Shown one piece after another: positions 18,860-28,753 of a stretch of DNA of 64,000 nucleotides (positions are counted from its first letter, which is position 1; every line of letters begins with the position of its first letter). Source of the stretch: Candidatus Heimdallarchaeota archaeon (GTDB taxonomy: Archaea; Asgardarchaeota; Heimdallarchaeia; Hodarchaeales; Hodarchaeaceae); contig RDOB01000006.1 in NCBI GenBank assembly GCA_011364965.1, positions 116,244-180,243 of the forward strand, read 5' to 3'. Made by a program: the position numbers and the translations under genes. The notes under the pieces are model-generated. The model worked only from the letters and a program-made list of their open reading frames with translations, was not told the DNA's origin and searched no databases.

Positions 18860-19582
18860 TTGATATTCTTGAAAAAGAGTGCATTCAATCGGTTGAATTT
18901 CTCTAGTATCTTACTTGCGTTTTTGGTAGCTACTTCAAGTTCATCAGATTGCTTTATTCAGGCATCTGTACCCTCTGAAATACATTCTGCAAATGCAATC
19001 TGGATAGAACCATCAAATCTAACAATCAAGGACATAGGTGATAAATTCAACATTACTGTTTTTATTAACATAACACAGGTCAGCTTCGCTTGGCAGATCA
19101 AATTGTATTTTAATTCAACAGTATTAATGGCACTTAAAACAGGTTATACCTGCATTAACGGAAGTGAGTTTTTTTCCGAATACCCTTCGATAACTGTAAC
19201 TCCAATAATTAACAATGAAGAGGGATACATTCTTCACGGGGAATCATTACTTAGTAATGATGAGAAAGCTTCCGGATATGGAAGTTTAATATGGATAGAG
19301 TTTAATCTAACACAAATTCCGACCCAGAATGACTCTACAGTATATTTTTCGATACCCTATGGAATTGATACTTTTATTTTAACACCATACATTGATATAA
19401 TTCCTATGGATTCGATGAACGGAGCAAAAGTCTCTATAAAGACTACAAACTTACCACCCTTTCCAGATATCATTACACTAATAATAATTACTATCATTAT
19501 CGGAATAGTTGTGGGTACTCTTGTATTACTGAATAGAAAAAGAAGAAGGAAGAAAAAGGATTTTGAAGAACAGGAAAATTAG
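18860..19582 (+). CDS. Membrane-anchored cohesin-like domain protein
   Basis: Signal peptide; AIWIEPS..IGDKFNITVFIN..FAWQIKLYFNSTVL..GYGSLIWIEF matches the cohesin beta-sandwich pattern; C-terminal TM plus RKRRRKKK. Confidence 0.7.
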   Translation: MIFLKKSAFNRLNFSSILLAFLVATSSSSDCFIQASVPSEIHSANAIWIEPSNLTIKDIGDKFNITVFINITQVSFAWQIKLYFNSTVLMALKTGYTCINGSEFFSEYPSITVTPIINNEEGYILHGESLLSNDEKASGYGSLIWIEFNLTQIPTQNDSTVYFSIPYGIDTFILTPYIDIIPMDSMNGAKVSIKTTNLPPFPDIITLIIITIIIGIVVGTLVLLNRKRRRKKKDFEEQEN

Positions 19583-22331
19583 ATCAATTTGCATATTCGT
19601 AATAATACTCTATGCTAGCATTATAAGTGTAACTCTCGGCGCTGCACCTGTGAATACGTCTTCCTTAAATATTGAGAAAGCGTTCTCAGAATCTACTGGT
19701 AATGATATCCTGATTATAAGTGATCCAAGTAAATATGCTTTTTTTGGATGGTATAGACCAACTTATTTTAGTGTTACAATATGGGAACTCTTAAATAGAA
19801 CTGTACTGTGGGCTTCTAGCTATACTCAACCCAATGAGACAAAAATTGTGTTTTTCCAAGAAAGTAATGATACAAATGCAGCAGAAGTATATACATGGCT
19901 AATCAATGGAGGTTATTCCGCTGAGAATATCATATTACATCCCACATCAGATACTGCTACATTACTTTCTAATTATTATGATAATAGTGATTTGGTGCTC
20001 TATTGGAACACTTTTGGCTATGAATCAATGAATATTGTCAATTCAGGGATTCCTTTCATTACAGTATCCGCTATGCAGACCGATGAGATGGGAATTGGCA
20101 TTGGAAGTTCCACCAAAAGCGCATCCAACGATACATTTCATGTTGTTAATAACAAATACTATCCGACAGAAAATTATCCTTTAGGTCCCTTAATTTTTGA
20201 TGATACATATCATTATGAAGCCACAGAAGCTTCAAGCGAGGGAAAAGTTCTGATTCAGGCGGAGGTGAAGAGTGTTGCTTCCCAGGTAGAAATCTCAATT
20301 TTTCAAAATATCGAGGTTTTAGAGAATGGGAGTGCATATATGAGTTATACAATTGTTGTTCCTGAATCCCCGTTAGCTACTCTCTTACGTCAGTCTTTTT
20401 TTTCCAATACATCATCTCTTGAACCTAATGTCGAGTATGATGTGCCAGATAATATAACGGTTACTGATGAGACTACTCTGGAGAAGAATATTAAAACTGT
20501 AGCCTTAAAAGGGGATGTGAGCGATGGTGATGGCCAAGTTGATAAGGAGGATCTTGAGCTTATAGCGGGAAACATTGGTTCCATGATAGGTGATGATAAC
20601 TGGAAAACTGATCTAGATCTAAACTGGGACGGAAAAATTGATGTAAAAGACCTCGCGATCGCAGCACACAATTATGAGAAAACTGTCGAGGGTACAGGAA
20701 ATTTATATATTGCAGGATACTATAACGGAACATTGATTAATTGTACAGATGTTTACTATCGTGGACCAGAAGGATCAGCAAAAACGGATTTCTCAAAGTC
20801 GGGATTCATTTGGTATAATCTACCCCCTGGTAATTATACAATTTATGGATCCTATAATGAGACTGAGAAGAGCACAAATGCCATAATTGAGCCGAGAAAG
20901 ACGACTTTTGCTCAAATAAATTTCGGTGGGCAGCAACCACTCGCTGAACGAACAGATCAGGCTCCAGTAAAGGAAGCTTTATACCAAGGAATTGCCTCGG
21001 AGCAACTGATTCTTCTAGGTTTTGACATGAATATAACTCAATCCAAAATAATCCCTTTTAGCTCTGCAAATGAAACTAGAATCTTACTAATGGCTAAATC
21101 AACTAATTTTGCGGAGTATATAGGTGGCTTGGATTGGAGAATCAATATTGGAGCCTGGAACGAAAGTGACAAAGCACTAGTGGCTGAGTTCATTTTCACA
21201 AAAATACAATATATGATGCTAATGCTTCAATCACTTCCAGGGGAACAGAAATATATATCCAATTGGTCAATGAATATTAGTTTACCTGTTGGATACACCC
21301 TCTTTGATCAAAGTAAGCTCAACCAGCTGAATTGGACGATTGATTTTGGAGAGGGAACAATTATCCAAGCCAATGTGACAGAGATTGCTGGAAATATCAT
21401 TGTAGATGAAGTTTTGGTAGTAACTGAACGAAATATAACAGCAAATGAAACATACCTAGCAACCGCCTTAGGTCAATATAAAGTGTTTGCAATCAATTAC
21501 TCTCATCCTTATATTCCCCCAAGTATTATGATGAAATCAATATGCAAACCAGGGGGGGATTGGTCGAAGACATGGAGTTATACAATAGCTCCTGCCCCTT
21601 GTGAAAAGACTTGGAGTATTGGTGGAACCGTGGGGTTAGATATTACAGTGAGAGCAACTCCTGTATTAAGAATTCAATGGTTTATGGGGTGGGAAAGGAA
21701 ATGGGAAAGGAAAGGATTTAAACTCCAATGGTTTGAATCTTGGATGAAAATTACTCCTTCAATAAAAGTAGAAACATCTTTAGGAGTAGGGGTTAGTTAT
21801 AGCAAAGAGTGGACTTATAGACTATTAACGTTATCTAATAGATTCTATTTTTGGGCAGGAAGTGTACCAGTCTGGGCTAACTTACAATTATCGGTGGATG
21901 CAGGTATAATATTTGATGCATGGGGAAAAATTTCAGTTTCGACCTGGGTGTTGTTAGAAACAATGTATAAAGCTGGAGTTAGATGGGATGTAGCATCTGG
22001 TTGGAGCACAATATGGGATAGTGCTGTAAGCGTGAATCGTGGGACTCCCCAAATATCAGGATCAGCAGGATTAAGTGTAACTCCAAAAGCAACCTGTAGA
22101 CTAGCATTCTTGATATATGATGTCGGGGGGCCTTTTGTTGCAGCTGTACCTTATGCACCAATGGAGATAATTTATTATTCAAACCAACCTAATGAATGGT
22201 CTATCCAACTTAGATTCAAAATTGAAGCAGGAGTTACCCTCGCAGGCTGGATAAACAAAATACTCAACCTTTTATCCTATTCAAAAACAATTAAAGATTG
22301 GCTTCTGAAATCGTGGAGCGGTAATTGGTAA
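19563..22331 (+). CDS. Large secreted multidomain protein with internal type I dockerin
   Basis: Signal peptide; duplicated Ca-binding loops GDVSDGDGQVDKEDL and DLNWDGKIDVKDLAIAAHNY (about 20511-20676); PEGA/prealbumin-like LPPGNYTIYG; Trp-rich beta C-terminus; no TM anchor. Confidence 0.8.
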   Translation: MKNRKIRSICIFVIILYASIISVTLGAAPVNTSSLNIEKAFSESTGNDILIISDPSKYAFFGWYRPTYFSVTIWELLNRTVLWASSYTQPNETKIVFFQESNDTNAAEVYTWLINGGYSAENIILHPTSDTATLLSNYYDNSDLVLYWNTFGYESMNIVNSGIPFITVSAMQTDEMGIGIGSSTKSASNDTFHVVNNKYYPTENYPLGPLIFDDTYHYEATEASSEGKVLIQAEVKSVASQVEISIFQNIEVLENGSAYMSYTIVVPESPLATLLRQSFFSNTSSLEPNVEYDVPDNITVTDETTLEKNIKTVALKGDVSDGDGQVDKEDLELIAGNIGSMIGDDNWKTDLDLNWDGKIDVKDLAIAAHNYEKTVEGTGNLYIAGYYNGTLINCTDVYYRGPEGSAKTDFSKSGFIWYNLPPGNYTIYGSYNETEKSTNAIIEPRKTTFAQINFGGQQPLAERTDQAPVKEALYQGIASEQLILLGFDMNITQSKIIPFSSANETRILLMAKSTNFAEYIGGLDWRINIGAWNESDKALVAEFIFTKIQYMMLMLQSLPGEQKYISNWSMNISLPVGYTLFDQSKLNQLNWTIDFGEGTIIQANVTEIAGNIIVDEVLVVTERNITANETYLATALGQYKVFAINYSHPYIPPSIMMKSICKPGGDWSKTWSYTIAPAPCEKTWSIGGTVGLDITVRATPVLRIQWFMGWERKWERKGFKLQWFESWMKITPSIKVETSLGVGVSYSKEWTYRLLTLSNRFYFWAGSVPVWANLQLSVDAGIIFDAWGKISVSTWVLLETMYKAGVRWDVASGWSTIWDSAVSVNRGTPQISGSAGLSVTPKATCRLAFLIYDVGGPFVAAVPYAPMEIIYYSNQPNEWSIQLRFKIEAGVTLAGWINKILNLLSYSKTIKDWLLKSWSGNW

Positions 22332-22362
22332 TGTTCTCTATCCATAATACATTGATTGCATC

Positions 22363-23517
22363 TCACTCCTCGTGAGAAATAGAGGAAGAAGAATTCCGAG
22401 GTTTAATCCCTTTCTTCTTTTCCCAGAGTGTACGTAGCAGTAGTATTAGGCTTCCAGCGGAAACAATACTACCAACGGGCCAGTAGAGTACCTCAATAGA
22501 ATATCGATGATCATCTTTTATCTTATAAAATCTGAAACCTATAAATCTATCAGGAGCATGATAAGGGAAAGAATCATATTCTAAAGGAAAAACAAGAAGA
22601 TTTCTATTATATGGTACTCCAGATAATGTCCAATTAGTAAAAATAAAAAGTGGTTCAGTTTTTTGTATCTCTCCTCGAGATAAACGGTAATCAGGTTGCT
22701 CTAATCCATTTATAATGTTTACTGATTTGGTGATAGAACGTTTTTGTAGATTATAACCCAAAAAATTGGATCTGGAAGAAAGGATTCGCGTATTTGGGTC
22801 AGATTCATACCAAAAAATGCCATCTATGTCAAGATAGAGAAAATTGGAATCGAGTCTAGCCAGATTTACTGTGTTGATTAGAGTCAAAGTTTGGATATCA
22901 TAAGCTAATATGTTGATAAAGTCATTCTCGGAATTATAATAATCCCATCCAATCTCTAAAAGCCAAAGGATTTGGTTTTGAATTCCAAAAACCGCGCGGT
23001 AATATTCATTCAGCTCTGTTAAAAGACTAACATTCGTAACACTAATTGTTTGATTTGAAATGACACCTTGATCTTTCGAAAAGCATATTAATTGCTGAGA
23101 GGAAGCTAACCATGAGTCAGATTTTTCCAAGGTCCAAAAATATGTGTTATTCAATATCAATCCTAGATAAGTTTTATTAGGGTTAAGAGGAAGGGAATAA
23201 ATCCCATAATCATCAACACTTGAATATAATTCGGTGAAATTCACTTCAAGTAAGTTCCATGGAGAGGGATTATCAATAAAGTGAACGAAATCATAGAAGC
23301 TGTTTTTATTAATGAAACCACTGTCATAACGGAAAGAATGGTCTAAGGTAACGTTAAGTGGATCAAGAAAGAGGAGATCAGAAGGATGTGATTCCTCAAC
23401 AAGAAATAATGACCCAAAACGAGCATTACGATCCAGAACTATGAAAAAACTGATCTGAGATATAAGAAGAAGGCCAATACTAGCAATTGCCCAGAGAATA
23501 AGCTTTGAATTTGTCAT
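22363..23517 (-). CDS. Membrane-anchored extracellular protein, beta-rich
   Basis: N-terminal hydrophobic segment, several N-x-S/T sequons, C-terminal TM plus KKK. Confidence 0.7.
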   Translation of the reverse strand: MTNSKLILWAIASIGLLLISQISFFIVLDRNARFGSLFLVEESHPSDLLFLDPLNVTLDHSFRYDSGFINKNSFYDFVHFIDNPSPWNLLEVNFTELYSSVDDYGIYSLPLNPNKTYLGLILNNTYFWTLEKSDSWLASSQQLICFSKDQGVISNQTISVTNVSLLTELNEYYRAVFGIQNQILWLLEIGWDYYNSENDFINILAYDIQTLTLINTVNLARLDSNFLYLDIDGIFWYESDPNTRILSSRSNFLGYNLQKRSITKSVNIINGLEQPDYRLSRGEIQKTEPLFIFTNWTLSGVPYNRNLLVFPLEYDSFPYHAPDRFIGFRFYKIKDDHRYSIEVLYWPVGSIVSAGSLILLLRTLWEKKKGIKPRNSSSSISHEE

Positions 23518-23642
23518 TCAACATTACCAGGGAGGAACAAAAACATGATGAAATGAAATTTTAAATTAATAAACTATTTGATTGTAGAAAAAGCGTTTCT
23601 TTTTGAAAATAAAAAGACATATTAGGCAGTAAATATACAGTA

Positions 23643-25118
23643 TTAACGCAAATCATGGTTGGGGACGTATGTATCATTAAGAGAAAGAGCGAATCGGAAA
23701 TAATCAACGGGTGTGAAGATTTTGTAATAGAACTTCACACTATACTCTTTCTTGACCTTATCTACTTTTCTAGCAAATGGTTTGATCCATTTGTTTGGCA
23801 TCTTCAGGTAACCAAAATAATAATAGGGTGATTCGCGATCCTGCAAAAAAATATCACATTTTGGGAACGAGAGGAAATGTTGAGGCCAATGAATGTCTTT
23901 TGTCTCGGTTGAAACAAATAGAAATACTGAGAGATCAAGGCCAATATTGAAGAATTGATGTGTTTTTAAAAGTAAGCTAGATTTATCATACTCATCGAGG
24001 CGTGTGGAGATTTGAGGAACCGAAACATTAATAGTTTTGCTTAGATCCTTTAAATTCCGAAAGCTCCCCTCAATGGTTAGAAAATCAAGAATCTTGATAT
24101 CAGCAGGGGTTAATGGTCGAAAGGGATTAAATGTTGGCTCTAGGGACTGAGAAATATCGGGGGAAGGAGTGATGATTTCCACTGTAGGGGTTGCATGAAG
24201 GAAGGAAGGAGCAATCTGCCATTGATCCTCACCAGGGGAAAGGTTTGTTAAGTTCCAAGATTGTGTACGGTTCAACATGGGCTGAAAGACTGTATTTTTC
24301 ATTTGATCTTGAAGTGAAATGAATACATTCGTTTCATGATACGGAAGTTGTACTATACTGAAAGTTGCCATAGTTAAATCGATTGAAAGAAGTAAATATT
24401 TCATAAATTCCTTGGGGAATGGGTTCTGATGTATCAGCAGGAACGTTTCATACCCCAGTCGTCCCATATCTAGCGTGAAATCCGACTGAACAAGCTGCAT
24501 CAACTGAATTACGTTCATGCGACGCTGAAGAGTTCGGAGGGAGATCCCAATGTCATCTGCAGCGGTAGATTGAATTAATTTAAATTGCTTTATTGCTGAA
24601 GTGTCCATCAGGGAACCCTGATAAGATTTTAGGATTGCAATATCCACAGTATCAAGCGGAACAGAAAAATTTGTCAGAATGGGAAAGAGGAACTCAAACA
24701 GATCCTCACAAGTAGGTTGGATTTCTTTCGTCAAAATCCTATTGATAAAATATGTAATTAGATTCCTCTGATGGTAGCAAATTTCATACGTAATTAGATT
24801 GAGTGGAAAAAGGATATTTCCCCTTTTCTGGAAATTTATGGCTATAGAAGAGTAGGATTTTAACCAAGCCTTATTGAGAGTAAGGTAACCCTTATTTTTG
24901 TGCGTTTCAAAAAACGGATAGATGTGAGAATCTAATATCGTTTTAGAAAAGTTCAGGGCATCAGCTAAATCATAGTTTTTAGCTTCGTGATGAATATAGT
25001 CCCAAATATTGAGAAAATCAAGTACAATCTCCTCAATGTGATAGACACTGGATTTTTGTCGGAGAATTTCGACTCCAGTAAGTGTCTGACTTTTTGGTGG
25101 CATCACGTGTGAATGCAT
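23643..25118 (-). CDS. Large transcriptional regulator with two wHTH (Lrp/AsnC-like) units
   Basis: DIAILK..AADDIGISLRTLQRRM..LDMGRLG and DIKILDFL..LSKTINVSVPQISTRL..FNIGLD. Confidence 0.75.
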   Translation of the reverse strand: MHSHVMPPKSQTLTGVEILRQKSSVYHIEEIVLDFLNIWDYIHHEAKNYDLADALNFSKTILDSHIYPFFETHKNKGYLTLNKAWLKSYSSIAINFQKRGNILFPLNLITYEICYHQRNLITYFINRILTKEIQPTCEDLFEFLFPILTNFSVPLDTVDIAILKSYQGSLMDTSAIKQFKLIQSTAADDIGISLRTLQRRMNVIQLMQLVQSDFTLDMGRLGYETFLLIHQNPFPKEFMKYLLLSIDLTMATFSIVQLPYHETNVFISLQDQMKNTVFQPMLNRTQSWNLTNLSPGEDQWQIAPSFLHATPTVEIITPSPDISQSLEPTFNPFRPLTPADIKILDFLTIEGSFRNLKDLSKTINVSVPQISTRLDEYDKSSLLLKTHQFFNIGLDLSVFLFVSTETKDIHWPQHFLSFPKCDIFLQDRESPYYYFGYLKMPNKWIKPFARKVDKVKKEYSVKFYYKIFTPVDYFRFALSLNDTYVPNHDLR

Positions 25119-25173
25119 TGCAAGTCACTTGGAGGGATATGATTTTTAAAGCTACCTAGAGAAATCATCCGAG

Positions 25174-25210
25174 TGACCCGATAATTTGTTAGGAAAAAAA
25201 TGTCGGGTCA
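25174..25210. promoter_or_regulatory. GC-rich inverted repeat between the regulator and a small secreted-peptide ORF
   Basis: TGACCCGA-N21-TCGGGTCA in an otherwise very AT-rich intergenic region. Confidence 0.5.
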
Positions 25211-25320
25211 ACACAAGAAAAAAACCAAAATACAAAACGACTTAAGTCATAAGAGTTGAAAAAAAGATGGAACGTAAATTAAGAAACCGAGTAAGCACAC
25301 TTGATATTCAAATAATATTG

Positions 25321-25419
25321 ATGAAATTATTACCATGGATATTCTTCCTCTTATTATTAGTAGCATCCTCTTCCTTAGGTATTGCAACTGGTGATCCTAA
25401 GAGACCAGCAGTAGATTAG
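25321..25419 (+). CDS. Putative small secreted peptide precursor (32 aa; 50 aa if started at ATG 25267)
   Basis: MKLLPWIFFLLLLVASSSLGIATGDPKRPAVD*: signal-peptide-like segment followed by about 10 polar residues; below the ORF-track cutoff. Confidence 0.5.
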   Translation: MKLLPWIFFLLLLVASSSLGIATGDPKRPAVD

Positions 25420-25779
25420 GCAAAAAGTCATTTGAACTTTAAAACTAGTCTAAAGAGGATACTCTGCAAGAGGTGCATCTCTGGGTATTCATTGTTCGCA
25501 TTCGCCCCGAATTAGAATAGCAGGGTGAATACTAGAATAACTATATACTGTAATAAAGGGATCAACGCCTCGGGAGTTTCCCAAATAAAATCAGAGAGAG
25601 GAGACTCCACAATCATTTTTCTTATGTTGAATTCCTTGCCATTAGGAGTTCAATTGAAATAAATATTTCTTTCTGAAGTAATTTCAATCTCAAGTTTTAA
25701 ATAAGGTGATAAAAGCTATCATTCAAACATAAGATAAAAAACATTAAACATGTTATTTAAACAAATACAAGGTGAAAAA

Positions 25780-26136
25780 ATGTCTGGACAAAAAATGCGA
25801 GAAGAAGTAATTATGGTTTCAACAACGGATGAAATTCCAGGATATGAGATTGTAGAATATCTCGGAATTGTTTTTGGAATTACAGTGAGATCCCGAGGTG
25901 TGGGTGGAAGATGCATTGGTGGCTGTGAGGCTTGTTTTGGCGGTGAAATAACAGCTTATACCCAAAGTGCAATTGAAGCACGTAATGATGCTATCAACCG
26001 CTTATGCTATCAAGTTCAGCAAATTGGGGGTAACGCAGTACTTGGTGTTAAATTTGATAGCTCACGATCTGGACAAGACTCTTCGATGACAGATATTGTG
26101 GCATATGGTACTGCAGTACGTGTTCGATCCAAATAA
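25780..26136 (+). CDS. YbjQ/UPF0145 family protein
   Basis: STTDEIPGYEIVEYLGIVFG, GGEITAYT..EARNDAI.RL, GGNAVLGVKFD, AYGTAVRV. Start chosen after AGGTGA. Confidence 0.9.
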   Translation: MSGQKMREEVIMVSTTDEIPGYEIVEYLGIVFGITVRSRGVGGRCIGGCEACFGGEITAYTQSAIEARNDAINRLCYQVQQIGGNAVLGVKFDSSRSGQDSSMTDIVAYGTAVRVRSK

Positions 26137-26169
26137 GGAATAACTAAAGCAAACTACTGGGTTCTAGGA

Positions 26170-26835
26170 GTGTTATCTCAAAACAGATTTATTAAATCTC
26201 TTCCTTTAAAAAAACGAATTTTCTTCTTTAAACGGTACTTAGAGTTAATACTTCCAACCCATTTTGCTCATCATCCTTTATGTGATAATTTTAAACAAGA
26301 AATTCTCTCCTTAAAGATTTTAACTAAAAATTTTTACATTTGTAGAGGTTGCTTTTGGGTATTTCTTTCAATGATTCTTAGTTTCTCGGTTTTAATTATA
26401 ATGAATCCTTTCAGGAATCAAACAGCCATAGAAAAATTTATAATAGTAATTTTAGTCTCATCTCCAACTTGGATTGGAGTCCTATTTTCATTTAAATATC
26501 GGATTTGGAAAGATCTTCTTAGAATATCGCTTGGTACCGGTTTTGGTATAGCTTTGGGGGAATTAATCCTTACTCCAAATTTTTTTCTTAAGATTCTCAT
26601 CGCTGGATTTATTTTTGTCTTCATCTGGACCTTTTCTTATTTTAGAAAACGTTTTTCGAGGGGAAAAAGTCAAATAATATGTCTTGACTGTGAAAAGATG
26701 AATACTGGCATTTGTGAGGGATTTAAACAACAGATAGATGCCCAACGACAATATAGCCAAGAACTAAGTAATTATATCCAAGAAAATTCTTCATGGGTAG
26801 ATATTAAACAAAAATTAAGCAGAAAAAGATACTAA
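26170..26835 (+). CDS. Membrane protein with Cys/His motifs (DUF2085-like)
   Basis: HFAHHPLC, ICRGC, four TM helices, C-terminal CLDC..C. Confidence 0.6.
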   Translation: MLSQNRFIKSLPLKKRIFFFKRYLELILPTHFAHHPLCDNFKQEILSLKILTKNFYICRGCFWVFLSMILSFSVLIIMNPFRNQTAIEKFIIVILVSSPTWIGVLFSFKYRIWKDLLRISLGTGFGIALGELILTPNFFLKILIAGFIFVFIWTFSYFRKRFSRGKSQIICLDCEKMNTGICEGFKQQIDAQRQYSQELSNYIQENSSWVDIKQKLSRKRY

Positions 26836-26955
26836 AGTTAAATGGTAATCAAAACCATGGTGATATAGAGATAAATCATCAACTCAGGTTATGATCAATT
26901 TAGTAATAATCAGATTCACTAAACTAGTTAATAACACCTAAGGCTAGAAAAGCAG

Positions 26956-28131
26956 ATGAATAATGTCCATATTTCTCAGCAAAACCGGTTCTACCTACTA
27001 GCAGTAGATCTTTTGAAGGGGATCGCAATTTTCCCCATGATCTTTGGCCATAGTATTGGTTGGTGGGACTTGAGTATATCCAAAAGTTATGATACATCAG
27101 GGGATTTCGTGATAATCATAATTTGGATCACAGGCTTGCTGGTGTTTCCCTGCTTCCTTTATCTCTACGGTTTTAACCAAGTTAACTCATTTCTCAGAAA
27201 AAAATTAGATATATCATATTCTCAAAATATTCGGGGGAATTCCATAAAACGAGTCGCCATATTTTTCTTATTCGCTTCAATTACTCTAGCGATAATGGCT
27301 TTGATTAAAGCTCCTGGAAAATTATTGAATTATCTCCTCACATGGCATTTATTTCACCTCTTCGCGTTTTCTACACTCTTCCTCCTCGTTTTGTGGGAGC
27401 TCGCTTCATGGGTTGAAAAAAAAGGAAGTGCTTATTGGAGTTATATCCAAATTTACACAATTCTTTTAATGCTTTGTTTTGGAATTATTCTCCTTCTTTT
27501 TATTTACTTCCATGATTATACGATTGCAAGAGAATCCTCTAGATTGTTTCCAGTATCATTGGAGATAAAAACGATTCTAGAAAATATTCTTCTTGATGTT
27601 TCCTCCTGTGGCATAATTCCATGGCTTTCTTTCCCACTAGCAGGTGGAATTACTGCTTCACTTCTCAATTTGCCTTCATCCTCCATAAAAAATACTTTCC
27701 AAAAGTCCAAAGTCCTTCTTCTAACCGATTCTACCTTTTTAATTTTTGGAATATTGAGTTTAAGGACAGAGAGGTTTGTTTCAGCTGGTTTAGGATATGC
27801 GTCCACTTTTCCGCATGTTTTTATTTCAATCGGATTAATCGGATGGATCTTTGTAGTATTAATCTTAGTACTTGATATTTCTCAAAAAATACCTCGTATA
27901 AATAGTTACAGGCTATTTTATCCGATTCTTGTTGTCAGTAAGATCTCCCTTACAGTCTATTTGATCCATCCGGTTGTTGGGGTCTTTGATCCTACACTCA
28001 TCTCCTCAAAGCCAGTGTTGTTATTGCTTGTCTCAATCTACAGTTTCTTTTTCATAATATTAGCTCATTTCTGGCAAAAGCGGGATTTCAAGTATAGTTT
28101 GGAATGGATTGTACGAAAAGTCACTGAGTAA
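26956..28131 (+). CDS. Multi-pass membrane acyltransferase-like protein (DUF1624/HGSNAT-like)
   Basis: AVDLLKGIAIFPMIFGH, IIPWLSF, ISLTVYLIH, SLEWIVR. Confidence 0.7.
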   Translation: MNNVHISQQNRFYLLAVDLLKGIAIFPMIFGHSIGWWDLSISKSYDTSGDFVIIIIWITGLLVFPCFLYLYGFNQVNSFLRKKLDISYSQNIRGNSIKRVAIFFLFASITLAIMALIKAPGKLLNYLLTWHLFHLFAFSTLFLLVLWELASWVEKKGSAYWSYIQIYTILLMLCFGIILLLFIYFHDYTIARESSRLFPVSLEIKTILENILLDVSSCGIIPWLSFPLAGGITASLLNLPSSSIKNTFQKSKVLLLTDSTFLIFGILSLRTERFVSAGLGYASTFPHVFISIGLIGWIFVVLILVLDISQKIPRINSYRLFYPILVVSKISLTVYLIHPVVGVFDPTLISSKPVLLLLVSIYSFFFIILAHFWQKRDFKYSLEWIVRKVTE

Positions 28132-28405
28132 ATAATAACATTGCTGGTTTGAAGATTGCTATACTGGATGCATATACATTCGCAACTTGTGGCTATACTG
28201 AGTTTTATGCTGACCAATTGTTGGATTAGAAAACATAAAGAACAGTGGATGATTCTTATCAAAGCGAAACATGATTTTTGATATTGGTAAAAGAAGTCAT
28301 TTGTCCTGTAAATATCGGAAGATATCTAGATTAAAATGCTTTATTCGATGCAATAAGGTGCTAGCATGGAGCTAACAATTTCTTTCAAACACTCTTTGAG
28401 CAGTA

Positions 28406-28741
28406 TTAAGCTACCTTAAGGCCATTTGTTACTCTTCTATCAGGTTGAAGTAATACTACATCTACTTTGTTTTCCAGTATTACACCTAATATTAACACTT
28501 CAGACTTAAAATTAGCAATTAATTTTGGGGGAAAGTTAATTACAGCTATTACTTGACGATTGATCAGATCTTTTTTATTTTTATACAATGATGTAATTTG
28601 AGCTGATGATCTTCTTACCCCTAGCGGTCCAAAATCAATTTTTAGTTGATATGACGGTTTAATTGCAGCAGGAAAGTCCAGTACCTCAATAATTGTACCA
28701 ACACGAATGTCAACTTTCTTAAAATCGTTCCAATTTATCAT
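28406..28741 (-). CDS. csaA: tRNA-binding/secretion chaperone CsaA
   Basis: DFKKVDIRVGTI, IDFGPLGVRRSSAQIT, VINFPPKLIANFKSEVLILG. Confidence 0.9.
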   Translation of the reverse strand: MINWNDFKKVDIRVGTIIEVLDFPAAIKPSYQLKIDFGPLGVRRSSAQITSLYKNKKDLINRQVIAVINFPPKLIANFKSEVLILGVILENKVDVVLLQPDRRVTNGLKVA

Positions 28742-28753
28742 AAAAAATTACTC

